This document shows positions 40,302-48,690 of a stretch of 64,000 bases of DNA, in pieces (within the stretch, counting starts at the first letter, position 1; every line of letters starts with the position of its first letter). The stretch lies in contig JBAROK010000092.1 in the NCBI GenBank assembly GCA_049642065.1, positions 17,613-81,612 on the forward strand, in the 5' to 3' direction. Origin of the DNA: Candidatus Omnitrophota bacterium (GTDB lineage Bacteria > Omnitrophota > Gorgyraeia > Tantalellales > Tantalellaceae). Under the pieces are notes generated by a model that was not told the origin of the DNA, did not search any database, and was given only the letters and a program-made list of their open reading frames with translations. The translations under genes were made by a program, and so were the position numbers.

Positions 40302-41124
40302 GTTGAAGAACTACAGAGCAGCTGATGGTACGGACATCTACTATCGCCAATGGAATAGTGACAGCGATAGAGGGGTGATTGTCTATCTGCACGGTATAAA
40401 GAGCCATACGGGATGGTTTGCTGATACTGCTGATAAGCTTAATCAGCGCGGGTTCACGATCTATGCTCTTGAAAGAAGGGGTTCCGGTGTTAATAAGACA
40501 GATCGTGGCTATGTTGAGAACTATAATGTGCTTATCGATGATTTGAAAGGAGCACTGGAACTGGTAAAGAAAGAGAATCCTGGCAAGAAAGTCTATCTGA
40601 TGGGTTTATGCTGGGGCGGAAAACTTGCTGTTGCGTTTGCTAGCCTTTGGCAGGATATGATAGACGGGCTGATACTCGTCACCCCGGCGATAAAGGCCAG
40701 AGTGGATCTTACCTTTCCACAGAAACTGGACGTTTTGGTAAGCAATTTCATACGTCCCCGAAAGCTTTTCAATATCCCTATAGAAGATGAACTTTTTACG
40801 AAGAACCCGAAATATCTCGAATTTATCAAAAGCGACCAGCTGAAACTCACGAAAGCTACAGCGAGGTTCTTTTTTGAGACCGCTATGCTGGATATGTACA
40901 ATAACGGGGCAGCACCAAAGATAACTGTGCCGATTCTTTTGCTTCTTGCCGGGAACGATCTTGTGGTGAATACGGTAGAGGTACGAAGATGGTTCGGCAA
41001 AACAAGCACTAATGATAAAACATTAAAGATCTACGAGGGGTCATGCCACAGTTTAGAGTTCGAGGATGAGGCAAAAGATCTTGTGGAGGATATCACTGGG
41101 TGGGCGGATGAGCACAAGGGTTAA
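40291..41124 (+). CDS. alpha/beta hydrolase (lysophospholipase-like) with Cys in the nucleophile elbow
   Basis: Hydrolase_4-like fold. The elbow reads GLCWGG, where GxSxG is expected. Overlaps neighbours on both sides. Confidence 0.65.
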   Translation: MPGELKNYRAADGTDIYYRQWNSDSDRGVIVYLHGIKSHTGWFADTADKLNQRGFTIYALERRGSGVNKTDRGYVENYNVLIDDLKGALELVKKENPGKKVYLMGLCWGGKLAVAFASLWQDMIDGLILVTPAIKARVDLTFPQKLDVLVSNFIRPRKLFNIPIEDELFTKNPKYLEFIKSDQLKLTKATARFFFETAMLDMYNNGAAPKITVPILLLLAGNDLVVNTVEVRRWFGKTSTNDKTLKIYEGSCHSLEFEDEAKDLVEDITGWADEHKG

Positions 41125-42229
41125 GAAGATAGACATACTGGAAGTTGAACTTCCGTTCAAAAGGGCTTTTAAACACGCACAGCATGAGAGAAAAAGCTCT
41201 GGTTCGGTTTTTGTTAGGATACATCTTGAGGATGGTACAACGGGGTACGGAGAAGCTCTTCCCAGAGAATATGTAACTGGTGAAGACCCCTCTATGGTGA
41301 GCAAGAAGCTTCTTAACGGATCTTTGACGGGTCTTGTGAGGGTTGAGTTTTTATCTTTAGAGGACGCCGCGGATTTTATGCGCGGGAAGGAAGATCTTGA
41401 TGGACCTGCCAGGTGTGCGGTAGAACTTGCCCTATTGGATGCTGTCGGAAAGTGTTATGGCGAATCGGTTCGGTTGGTCTTGGGAGACAATGTCGCCAGC
41501 GAAGTTTATTACAGCGGTGTTATTTCCGCAGGAAGCACAGCTTCGGCTGCTATGGACGCACTAAAGTTCAAGTTGTACGGGTTCGGTCAGGTGAAAGTAA
41601 AAGTAGGTCTTAAGGACGATATCGAGAGACTTCGTGCGATCAGAGGTATACTGGGAGCTAATGTGGATCTCAGGGTAGACGCTAATTGCGCGTGGAGTGA
41701 AGATGAAGCAATAGACAGAATAGCAAAGCTGAGGCAGTTTGGTGTAAGTGCGGTAGAACAGCCCGTAAGAGCTACAGATATCAAGGGTCTCAAGAAAGTG
41801 ACTGGATCTGTTGCGGAACGGATCATAGCTGACGAATCGATATGTACCATAGACGATGCTCGGGAGCTGGCTGCGGAAAAAGCTTGTAACATGTTTAATA
41901 TTCGCCTGTCAAAATGTGGTGGCCTCCTCAACGCGCTTGAGATAGTCCGTATTGCCCGAGAGAACTCCATCAGTTACCAATTAGGTTGTCAGGTAGGCGA
42001 ATCCGGCGTCCTTTCAGCGGCTGGGAGACATTTCGCGTGTTGCGTGGAGGACATAGAATATTTCGAAGGCTCCTACGGCAGGCATCTTCTGAAGGAAGAC
42101 GTAACAAAAGAGGATACGACCTTTGGCCGTAAAGGAAGGGCGGTTTCTTTAGATGGTCCCGGGCTGGGAGTCAGTGTCGCAGATAATGTGCTTGAAAAGT
42201 ATGCTGTTAGAATCTCAACTATAGAATAG
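41108..42229 (+). CDS. enolase-superfamily enzyme, MR/MLE subgroup (dipeptide epimerase / N-acyl amino acid racemase-like)
   Basis: KVKVG (KxK) motif. Metal-ligand Asp/Glu/Asp pattern (DANCAW, ..EQP.., ADES). About 374 aa. Confidence 0.75.
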   Translation: MSTRVKKIDILEVELPFKRAFKHAQHERKSSGSVFVRIHLEDGTTGYGEALPREYVTGEDPSMVSKKLLNGSLTGLVRVEFLSLEDAADFMRGKEDLDGPARCAVELALLDAVGKCYGESVRLVLGDNVASEVYYSGVISAGSTASAAMDALKFKLYGFGQVKVKVGLKDDIERLRAIRGILGANVDLRVDANCAWSEDEAIDRIAKLRQFGVSAVEQPVRATDIKGLKKVTGSVAERIIADESICTIDDARELAAEKACNMFNIRLSKCGGLLNALEIVRIARENSISYQLGCQVGESGVLSAAGRHFACCVEDIEYFEGSYGRHLLKEDVTKEDTTFGRKGRAVSLDGPGLGVSVADNVLEKYAVRISTIE

Positions 42230-42246
42230 CTAAGAGGTGAACTAGC

Positions 42247-43905
42247 ATGAATATACTTTATTATACGTTGAAGATTTTGGTACCCAAGGTATTGATGTTC
42301 GAAGAAACTACTAAAGATCCCATGAAGTCGCAGGAGAAAGTGCTTTTTGAGTATCTTAAACGTAACAAGCATACTGAGTACGGAGGCAGGCACAATTTTG
42401 CCGGAATCAAATCTATAGAGGATTACCGCAAGAACGTTCCTTTGAACGACTATCTTTCACTTGAGCAGTATATCGAAAAGATGAAAAAAGGCGAGGATAA
42501 CATACTTACTGTAGATAAGCCTATACTTTTCGGGACAACGAGCGGGACAACCGGTCGCCAGAAATACATCCCCGTAACGGAATATTCGCGTGTAAAGAAA
42601 ATAGATCTTATGGATCTGTGGGTGTATTACATATCTAAGGATCATCCCGATATATTTGATGGTAAGATACTGGCAATAGTAAGTCCGGAAGTCGAGGGTT
42701 ACACTGAGTCAGGTGTCGCTTACGGAGCGGAGTCGGGTCATGGTTACAGGAACATGACAGACGTTGTAAAGTCCCTATATGTTCTGCCGTACGAAGTACT
42801 CGACATAAAAGATTACGACTCTAAATATTATTGCATATTACGTCTGGCGTTAATGGAGAAAGTGACAACCATTGCCAGTATGAATCCGAGTACAATAGTG
42901 CTTTTATGTCAGAAACTTAACGAGTTGAAAGATGACCTTATCAAGGATATCGATAACGGTACTTTAAAAGAGGATCTTAAGATTTCCAGTGAGCTGCGCG
43001 CAATGCTGGAAGAACGGCTAGAACCGGCCCCAGAAAGGGCAGTGGAATTAAGGCTTATTTTTTGTGAGAAGAAAGAGCTTTTGCCGAAAGAGGTGTGGCC
43101 GAAGATACAGCTTATTGAGTGTTGGAAGGGTGGTACCGTAGGTGTTTATTTAAAAGAGTTCCCCAAATATTTTGGTGAGGTGCCAATAAGGGATTTTGGT
43201 TACCTGGCTAGTGAATTGAGAGGATCGGTCCCCATAACTGATGAAGGCGCGGGAGGGATACTGGCGATAAATTCGAATTTTTACGAATTCATCCCTAAAG
43301 AGGATATGGGCAAAAGGGAGAAGAGGGTGCTACTTTGCGATCAGCTAAAAGAAGGCGAAGAATACTTTATAATAATTACGACTCCTGCCGGTCTTTACAG
43401 ATATAACATTGATGATATCGTCCGGGTCACGGGCTTTTTTAATAAAACGCCCGTAATAGAGTTCGTGCAGAAAGGTCTTAATGTTACCTCAGTTACAGGA
43501 GAAAAACTTTACGAATCTCAGGTTTGTGAAGCCGTACATAAAGCGGTGGATCATCTTGATGTGCCGATAAAGTTTTTTACCGCATGCGTGCAGAGCGGTA
43601 GCCCTTTTTGTTATCAATTTCTCGTGGAATTCATGCAGAACCCACCGTCCCAGAAAAAAGAAGAGTTCATAAAGTTTGTGGATGAGGAGCTGTGTCGGTT
43701 GAACTGTGAGTATGAAACAAAGAGGAAATCACAAAGACTGTCCCATCCGGTGCTTAAAGTCGTAAAGAACGGAGAGTTTGATAAGTACCGTAAAAAGAGG
43801 GTAGATGAAGGCGCTCATGATGGCCAGTTCAAGATATGTGAGCTGACCTGTTCTATGGATTTTCACGAACATTTCGATATTGAAGAGCATATTACTATCG
43901 ATTAA
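42247..43905 (+). CDS. GH3-family acyl-acid amido synthetase (adenylate-forming)
   Basis: GTTSGTTGRQKYIP P-loop-like motif. About 550 aa with typical GH3 length and motifs. Confidence 0.75.
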   Translation: MNILYYTLKILVPKVLMFEETTKDPMKSQEKVLFEYLKRNKHTEYGGRHNFAGIKSIEDYRKNVPLNDYLSLEQYIEKMKKGEDNILTVDKPILFGTTSGTTGRQKYIPVTEYSRVKKIDLMDLWVYYISKDHPDIFDGKILAIVSPEVEGYTESGVAYGAESGHGYRNMTDVVKSLYVLPYEVLDIKDYDSKYYCILRLALMEKVTTIASMNPSTIVLLCQKLNELKDDLIKDIDNGTLKEDLKISSELRAMLEERLEPAPERAVELRLIFCEKKELLPKEVWPKIQLIECWKGGTVGVYLKEFPKYFGEVPIRDFGYLASELRGSVPITDEGAGGILAINSNFYEFIPKEDMGKREKRVLLCDQLKEGEEYFIIITTPAGLYRYNIDDIVRVTGFFNKTPVIEFVQKGLNVTSVTGEKLYESQVCEAVHKAVDHLDVPIKFFTACVQSGSPFCYQFLVEFMQNPPSQKKEEFIKFVDEELCRLNCEYETKRKSQRLSHPVLKVVKNGEFDKYRKKRVDEGAHDGQFKICELTCSMDFHEHFDIEEHITID

Positions 43906-43940
43906 ATAATATATATCGTTTTTTTTTTTTTTTTTTGAGT

Positions 43941-43970
43941 CCCCTTGATTAGCGTCAAGGGGATTTTTTT
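43941..43970 (+). terminator. intrinsic terminator preceded by a T18 homopolymer
   Basis: T18 at 43919-43936, stem CCCCTTGA/TCAAGGGG with loop TTAGCG, then ATTTTTTT. Confidence 0.75.
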
Positions 43971-44037
43971 GCAATTTTCTAAAAGGGTAGTATACTAATA
44001 ATGTGTTATTTCTAGCGCCTAAACATAAGGACTGCAT

Positions 44038-44751
44038 ATGAAAAGAAAAGGAACTTTTTTCTATCTTCTACTAAGTCTTTTATTTATTCTTCTTGCTTAT
44101 CCTACCTTCGAAAAGGCCTTATGGGCTGGAAAACTGTTAGCGATATTCTTTACCTTTGGTCTTGTTGCAGGAGTATATGCAGTAAGTGGCGAACACAAGA
44201 TAAAATTCAGAATATCGCTTTTTCTGGCAATTCCGACCATTTTATTTCTCTGGACTGATCAGTTTACTCCCCAAGATCGCAGCTGGAGCTTCTATCTTGA
44301 TATTGTGGCAGAAGCATTTATAGTGATGTTTACGTTCTATACGGCTGTTTGCATTCTTTTGCATCTAATGAGAGCAAAAAGAGTAACCGCTGATATTCTA
44401 GCGGGAGCGGCTTGCACATACCTTCTTTTTGGCATCAGCTGGGGGATACTTTATTCGATGATCGAGTTGGTGGTGCCCGGGTCGTTTATTGCTTCTGATC
44501 ATTTGATGCCTCTGTCTTCACAAAACTGGCCGATTTTCAATTATTACAGCTTTAGTACCCTTACAACTCTTGGATATGGGGACATAACTCCCGTTACTTT
44601 ACGTGCCCAATCTTTAGCAATTCTTGAAGCTGTTACAGGTGTTTTATTTACGGCACTTCTAGTGTCCCGACTCGTCGGTATGTATTTGTACCAATTGAAG
44701 GAAGAAAATAACGTAAATGGCAGGGAAAAAGGTATACAAAGCGATCGTTGA
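44038..44751 (+). CDS. two-TM-type potassium channel
   Basis: Selectivity filter TLTTLGYGDITP. About 6 hydrophobic helices. 237 aa. Confidence 0.85.
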   Translation: MKRKGTFFYLLLSLLFILLAYPTFEKALWAGKLLAIFFTFGLVAGVYAVSGEHKIKFRISLFLAIPTILFLWTDQFTPQDRSWSFYLDIVAEAFIVMFTFYTAVCILLHLMRAKRVTADILAGAACTYLLFGISWGILYSMIELVVPGSFIASDHLMPLSSQNWPIFNYYSFSTLTTLGYGDITPVTLRAQSLAILEAVTGVLFTALLVSRLVGMYLYQLKEENNVNGREKGIQSDR

Positions 44752-44965
44752 TGCGGTAAAGAAAGGCAAGCTCAAGGAGCCTTTTTCGGAGGACGATTTT
44801 CGCGAAGCGTGTCCCGGGTTCGGTGATGGAACCTATTATGCCTATCTTTATAAACACAGAGCTGGCAATCCGGGTGGATACGAGGCGTTTTTTAAGCTTG
44901 TATCCACCCGTACTTTTAAGCTGGTAAGACCGATTAAAAAGAACCAGTTTCCTAAAAATTTATAA
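44717..44965 (+). CDS. hypothetical small basic protein (82 aa)
   Basis: ORF overlaps the channel gene 3' end by 35 nt. No recognisable motif. Confidence 0.3.
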   Translation: MAGKKVYKAIVDAVKKGKLKEPFSEDDFREACPGFGDGTYYAYLYKHRAGNPGGYEAFFKLVSTRTFKLVRPIKKNQFPKNL

Positions 44966-44977
44966 TAAGAATATTGA

Positions 44978-45154
44978 GTATCCCGCCAAAGCATCTTTAA
45001 AAGGGTAGGGGTGAGTAAGTTCCTTTCTCACGTTCTTCGGCATGATCCTGAAAAAAGCGGACTAAAGCCTAGCGAAGAAGGATTCGTGCATTTTAATGAT
45101 GCGATAAGTGTTCTCAAGCGCAGGTTTAAAGGATTTCTGATGAAGAGATTTTAA
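44978..45154 (+). pseudogene. kptA: remnant of RNA 2'-phosphotransferase gene (Tpt1/KptA N-terminal fragment)
   Basis: In-frame translation ...VSKFLSHVLRHDPEKSGLKPSEEGFVHFNDAISVLKRR matches the KptA N-terminal motif SKFLS.VLRH.PE.(I)GL..D..G(W). No Met start. Stops after about 58 codons; full length would be about 180 aa. Confidence 0.6.
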
Positions 45155-45403
45155 GCTTTTTGATTTATCTATTAATGATTATACGGTCAAACGCAAAAAA
45201 TCCAAAGCAGATGTACGGAAATTTAACGAGGAAAGGTTGCCGCGAAGAGCAGAACAGTTTTCAGGTCATTTTTCCGACACGCTACAAAGCCTTATTTTCA
45301 AGGGTTTTAGCTTCTCCTAATTTGAATGACGTAAGGTGCTTTAATGTCAAGGAATATTTCTGCCCCTTGGGCTTACAATACGGAAAAAATCTTTTTTCCG
45401 TTG

Positions 45404-45432
45404 TTGACAATAAAATACAAAAATATATAATA
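45404..45432 (+). promoter_or_regulatory. sigma70-like promoter in AT-rich spacer upstream of ATPase gene
   Basis: TTGACA (45404-45409), 16-17 nt, then TATAAT/ATAATA (45426-45432). Confidence 0.4.
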
Positions 45433-45554
45433 TTCTTCGCGATCAGTAATTATATAGTTGTTTATTTTATATAGATTTTTTATAAGCGGGAGAGAGGATA
45501 GTGTTTTTGTGATTCTCTCGACCGTTTCAATTCATCTTCATTATATAGAACGTT

Positions 45555-47189
45555 ATGTTCATAGAACCAGTTTTTGGTAAAAAATTTTTCGGACGAGAAG
45601 AAGTCCTTGCAACTCTTCATAAGAGGGTTACGGCATTAAAGGGAGGGTATAGGCAGAACCTTGCACTTACCGGACCGATGCTTGCGGGCAAATCTTCCGT
45701 TCTGCGTCATTTCCTGATGAACGTCAAGGATTCCGACGTGATACCTCTCTATATCGAGATGGGGGAAGAAGACTTCAATAATTTCTGCACCCGTTTCATG
45801 GCGTCTCTTCTTTACAGGTACCTGAAATCAAAAGGGGAAAAAGCCGAAGGAGATTTCAAAGAGCTTAAAAAGGTGTGCCGGCCACAGATACCTCAGACCA
45901 TGAGTTGCGTTGATCAAGTATGCAAAGCGCTTAAACAGCGCAAAGATAACGACGCGTATGAAACTCTTCTCGAAATTACTTCTACTTTCAAGACAGAGAC
46001 CGGGAAGAGCTGCATAGTTATTCTGGATGAGTTTCATAACCTATCGAATTTTTCGCTTAAAAGGCCCTTTCAGACCTTTGGAAAGTTCATAATGGTTCAG
46101 AAGAGCACTATGTACATAGTGTCCAGTTCCCAGAAATCTCTTTTGAAAGAGATCCTTTCCAATAAACTATCGCTTCTTTTTGGGAATTTCGAAGTGATAG
46201 AGGTTAATGGATTTGATAACCAGACGGCCCGTTCTTTCATCTCGGACAAGATTGAGAATGCCGATTCTTGTGAGAATATACGCAACTATCTTATACAGAT
46301 TTCCCAAGGCAGTCCATTTTACCTGGAAACTTTGGCAGGCAGGTTCTCGGAACTTGTAAAAAATTGCCGCGAAAAAAGTGACGCGAAAGAATGTCTCTTG
46401 GATGCCTTTGCAGATCTTCTTTATGAATCCAGTGGGCTACTTAACCAGTATTTCGAGAACAGTGTGAACTTTTTTCTGGAGAAGAGGTCCCGGAAAAAGT
46501 TCATACCCATACTTATTTCGTTGGCTAGAGGTAACAGCACGATAAAGGCTATACAGGAGGACTTGGGCAAGACGGATAAAGATCTGGGGCAAAAGCTCCA
46601 GAAACTCCAGGATATGGATCTGGTGCATAATAGCGGTATTTTCTACAAGATAGCCGACAAACTTTTTGAGTACTGGCTTAAGTGCGTTTACAGCATGAAA
46701 ACCCGCACTATGATAGACGACATGGATATCAAGTATCTGGAGTTTAAGCGCATGTTCGAGGAAGATTACCAGAAATATTGTGAGTTCAACTCCAAGAGCA
46801 TCGTAGACGTTATTTCGGATCTATTCAGCAGTTTCGGCGGCGAAAAGGTACAGATCAGCATGAACGACCGGAAAATGCCTCGGTTTGAGAAAGTAGAAGT
46901 TAGCCCATTCGGTGAGAATGTGTTCCAAATAACAGGCAGCGTGAAGAACAAGAAATGGATCTGTCACGTTAAAACAGGCGATATCACCGAAGAATACGAC
47001 ATCTGTAATCTTTGGGATCTTAAGTCCCAAAAAGATAAGGATAAGATAGCAAGAAAGATCTTCATTCCGCTTAAAGGCATAGAACAAAATGCGTTCCTTC
47101 TGGCCAAAGAACAGAATATCTGGGTTTGGGACACGCAGCAACTTAATAAGATACTCCGTTTGTTCGGAAAATTCGAGCTGGTATTATGA
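45555..47189 (+). CDS. AAA ATPase of the PF01637/Orc1-like (archaeal-ATPase) type with C-terminal nuclease-like (DUF234-like) region
   Basis: N-terminal FFGREEVL signature. Walker A GPMLAGKSS, Walker B CIVILDEFH. 544 aa. C-terminal ~150 aa (..EYDICNLWDLKSQKDK..) is unassigned. Confidence 0.65.
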   Translation: MFIEPVFGKKFFGREEVLATLHKRVTALKGGYRQNLALTGPMLAGKSSVLRHFLMNVKDSDVIPLYIEMGEEDFNNFCTRFMASLLYRYLKSKGEKAEGDFKELKKVCRPQIPQTMSCVDQVCKALKQRKDNDAYETLLEITSTFKTETGKSCIVILDEFHNLSNFSLKRPFQTFGKFIMVQKSTMYIVSSSQKSLLKEILSNKLSLLFGNFEVIEVNGFDNQTARSFISDKIENADSCENIRNYLIQISQGSPFYLETLAGRFSELVKNCREKSDAKECLLDAFADLLYESSGLLNQYFENSVNFFLEKRSRKKFIPILISLARGNSTIKAIQEDLGKTDKDLGQKLQKLQDMDLVHNSGIFYKIADKLFEYWLKCVYSMKTRTMIDDMDIKYLEFKRMFEEDYQKYCEFNSKSIVDVISDLFSSFGGEKVQISMNDRKMPRFEKVEVSPFGENVFQITGSVKNKKWICHVKTGDITEEYDICNLWDLKSQKDKDKIARKIFIPLKGIEQNAFLLAKEQNIWVWDTQQLNKILRLFGKFELVL

Positions 47190-47677
47190 AAATTGGCGTT
47201 ATAGCCGATACACATATTCCTGTTTCTGCCAGGAAGCTTCCTCAAAAAGTCTATGATTATTTCAAGGATTGTGACCTGATTATTCATGCCGGGGATCTTG
47301 TCGATATGTCTGTGATAGAAGAGCTTGAAAAGCTGGCAGAGACAAAAGCGGTCAAGGGCAATATGGATGGTTATGAAATCAGCCAAAAACTTCCCGATGA
47401 GCTTTTGATAGAAGCGGCAGGAAAGAAGATAGGGGTTATTCACGGCAGAGGCCCGGGATTCAAGGTCCAGCAGATGGCGAAAGAATCTTTCGGAAATAAG
47501 GTCGACATCATTATCTTCGGACATTCCCATACCCCGGTCAACGAAAAAAAAGACGGTATTCTTTTCTTTAATCCAGGCAGTCCGACCGATACAGTGTTTT
47601 CTCCATATCGTTCTTTTGGTATTATTGAGATCGAGGGTGACGATATCCGGGCGGAGATTATAAAAATAGACGATTAA
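47186..47677 (+). CDS. calcineurin-like metallophosphoesterase (YfcE/MJ0936 family)
   Basis: Motifs DTHIP, AGDLVD, GNMDG, GHSHT. The ATG overlaps the ATPase stop (ATGA). Confidence 0.8.
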   Translation: MKIGVIADTHIPVSARKLPQKVYDYFKDCDLIIHAGDLVDMSVIEELEKLAETKAVKGNMDGYEISQKLPDELLIEAAGKKIGVIHGRGPGFKVQQMAKESFGNKVDIIIFGHSHTPVNEKKDGILFFNPGSPTDTVFSPYRSFGIIEIEGDDIRAEIIKIDD

Positions 47678-47689
47678 TTTTACGGACAT

Positions 47690-48667
47690 ATGGTTTGGCT
47701 TGAATTTATATTATGCGGATCATTTCTGACATTCTTTGCATATAACCTTTGCAAGGAAGGCGTCATTCTCTCCGAAAAGACTAATATCGAAAAGGGCATT
47801 ATAGGCATGCTCTTTCTTGCTATAGCTACATCTTTCCCTGAAATAGTAACAGCGTCTGCGGCGATATTCTCCCTTGGCCGGATAGGTCTGGGTTACGGTG
47901 ATATCATGGGTTCTGTCATAGTGAACCTGATGATACTGGTGTTTCTCGATTATTACGTGGGAAGGGGAAGGATTCTTCTCAAGGTTTCTCCGGTGAATAA
48001 GGTAACGGGCCTTTTTGTGTTAGTTGCGGGCGTACTGATTCTGGGAGCGTCTCTAGTGCGTTTAGCCGGAGTTAACTTACCGGTTATAGGCGTGTTTGGT
48101 ATTGAGAACATAGCCGTAATATTAGTTTATGTAGCAGCGCTTGGAATAATAAGAAAAAGTGGCACGAAAGAAGAGCACGAGATCTATCCTGGAGTCAAAG
48201 AACCCTTCTGGCAGATCTGGGGTAAGTTCATTTTCTTCCTTGTCATTGTTATGTTCTTAGGTGTGTGGATGGCCAAGTCGGGTGAAAAGATCGTTGTGGA
48301 GACGGGGCTTTCCCAGACTTTTACCGGTACGCTGCTTTTGGGGTTCGCAACGTCGCTACCTGAGATAATCGTTTCTTTCGCTGCTATTAGAGCTTCGTCG
48401 ATTGATATGGCCGTCGGCAACATCCTAGGCAGTAATCTGTTTGATCTGTGTATAGTGCCTTTTTTGGATCTATTGACCAAGAAGCCTATTCTCGGTGTTT
48501 TGACGACTGGGCAGGTAGTAGCTACTGCTTTAGTAGTCTTTCTTTGCGGTATAACCGTGGCTGGATTATACGTCAGAAAAGATACATCGCGCCGGATAAA
48601 CTGGGACACCGGACTGATTTTTATTGTAGGTTTCCTGGGCTTTGTGATATTATACTTTGTACAATAA
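47690..48667 (+). CDS. Ca2+/cation antiporter (CaCA family, YrbG-like)
   Basis: Two alpha-repeats with TSFPEIVTA and TSLPEIIVSFAAI. 10 TM segments. Confidence 0.75.
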   Translation: MVWLEFILCGSFLTFFAYNLCKEGVILSEKTNIEKGIIGMLFLAIATSFPEIVTASAAIFSLGRIGLGYGDIMGSVIVNLMILVFLDYYVGRGRILLKVSPVNKVTGLFVLVAGVLILGASLVRLAGVNLPVIGVFGIENIAVILVYVAALGIIRKSGTKEEHEIYPGVKEPFWQIWGKFIFFLVIVMFLGVWMAKSGEKIVVETGLSQTFTGTLLLGFATSLPEIIVSFAAIRASSIDMAVGNILGSNLFDLCIVPFLDLLTKKPILGVLTTGQVVATALVVFLCGITVAGLYVRKDTSRRINWDTGLIFIVGFLGFVILYFVQ

Positions 48668-48690
48668 TTAATAGTTTATCCGTTTAAAAT

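Noticed and set aside
45160-45474. 104-aa + strand ORF in the AT-rich gap
   Set aside because: Low-complexity, AT-driven composition with no RBS. It contains the promoter-like TTGACA/TATAAT elements, so it is more likely non-coding leader than a gene.
46964-47689. 241-aa minus-strand ORF
   Set aside because: Antisense to the ATPase 3' end and the whole metallophosphoesterase. The + strand products have clear motifs.
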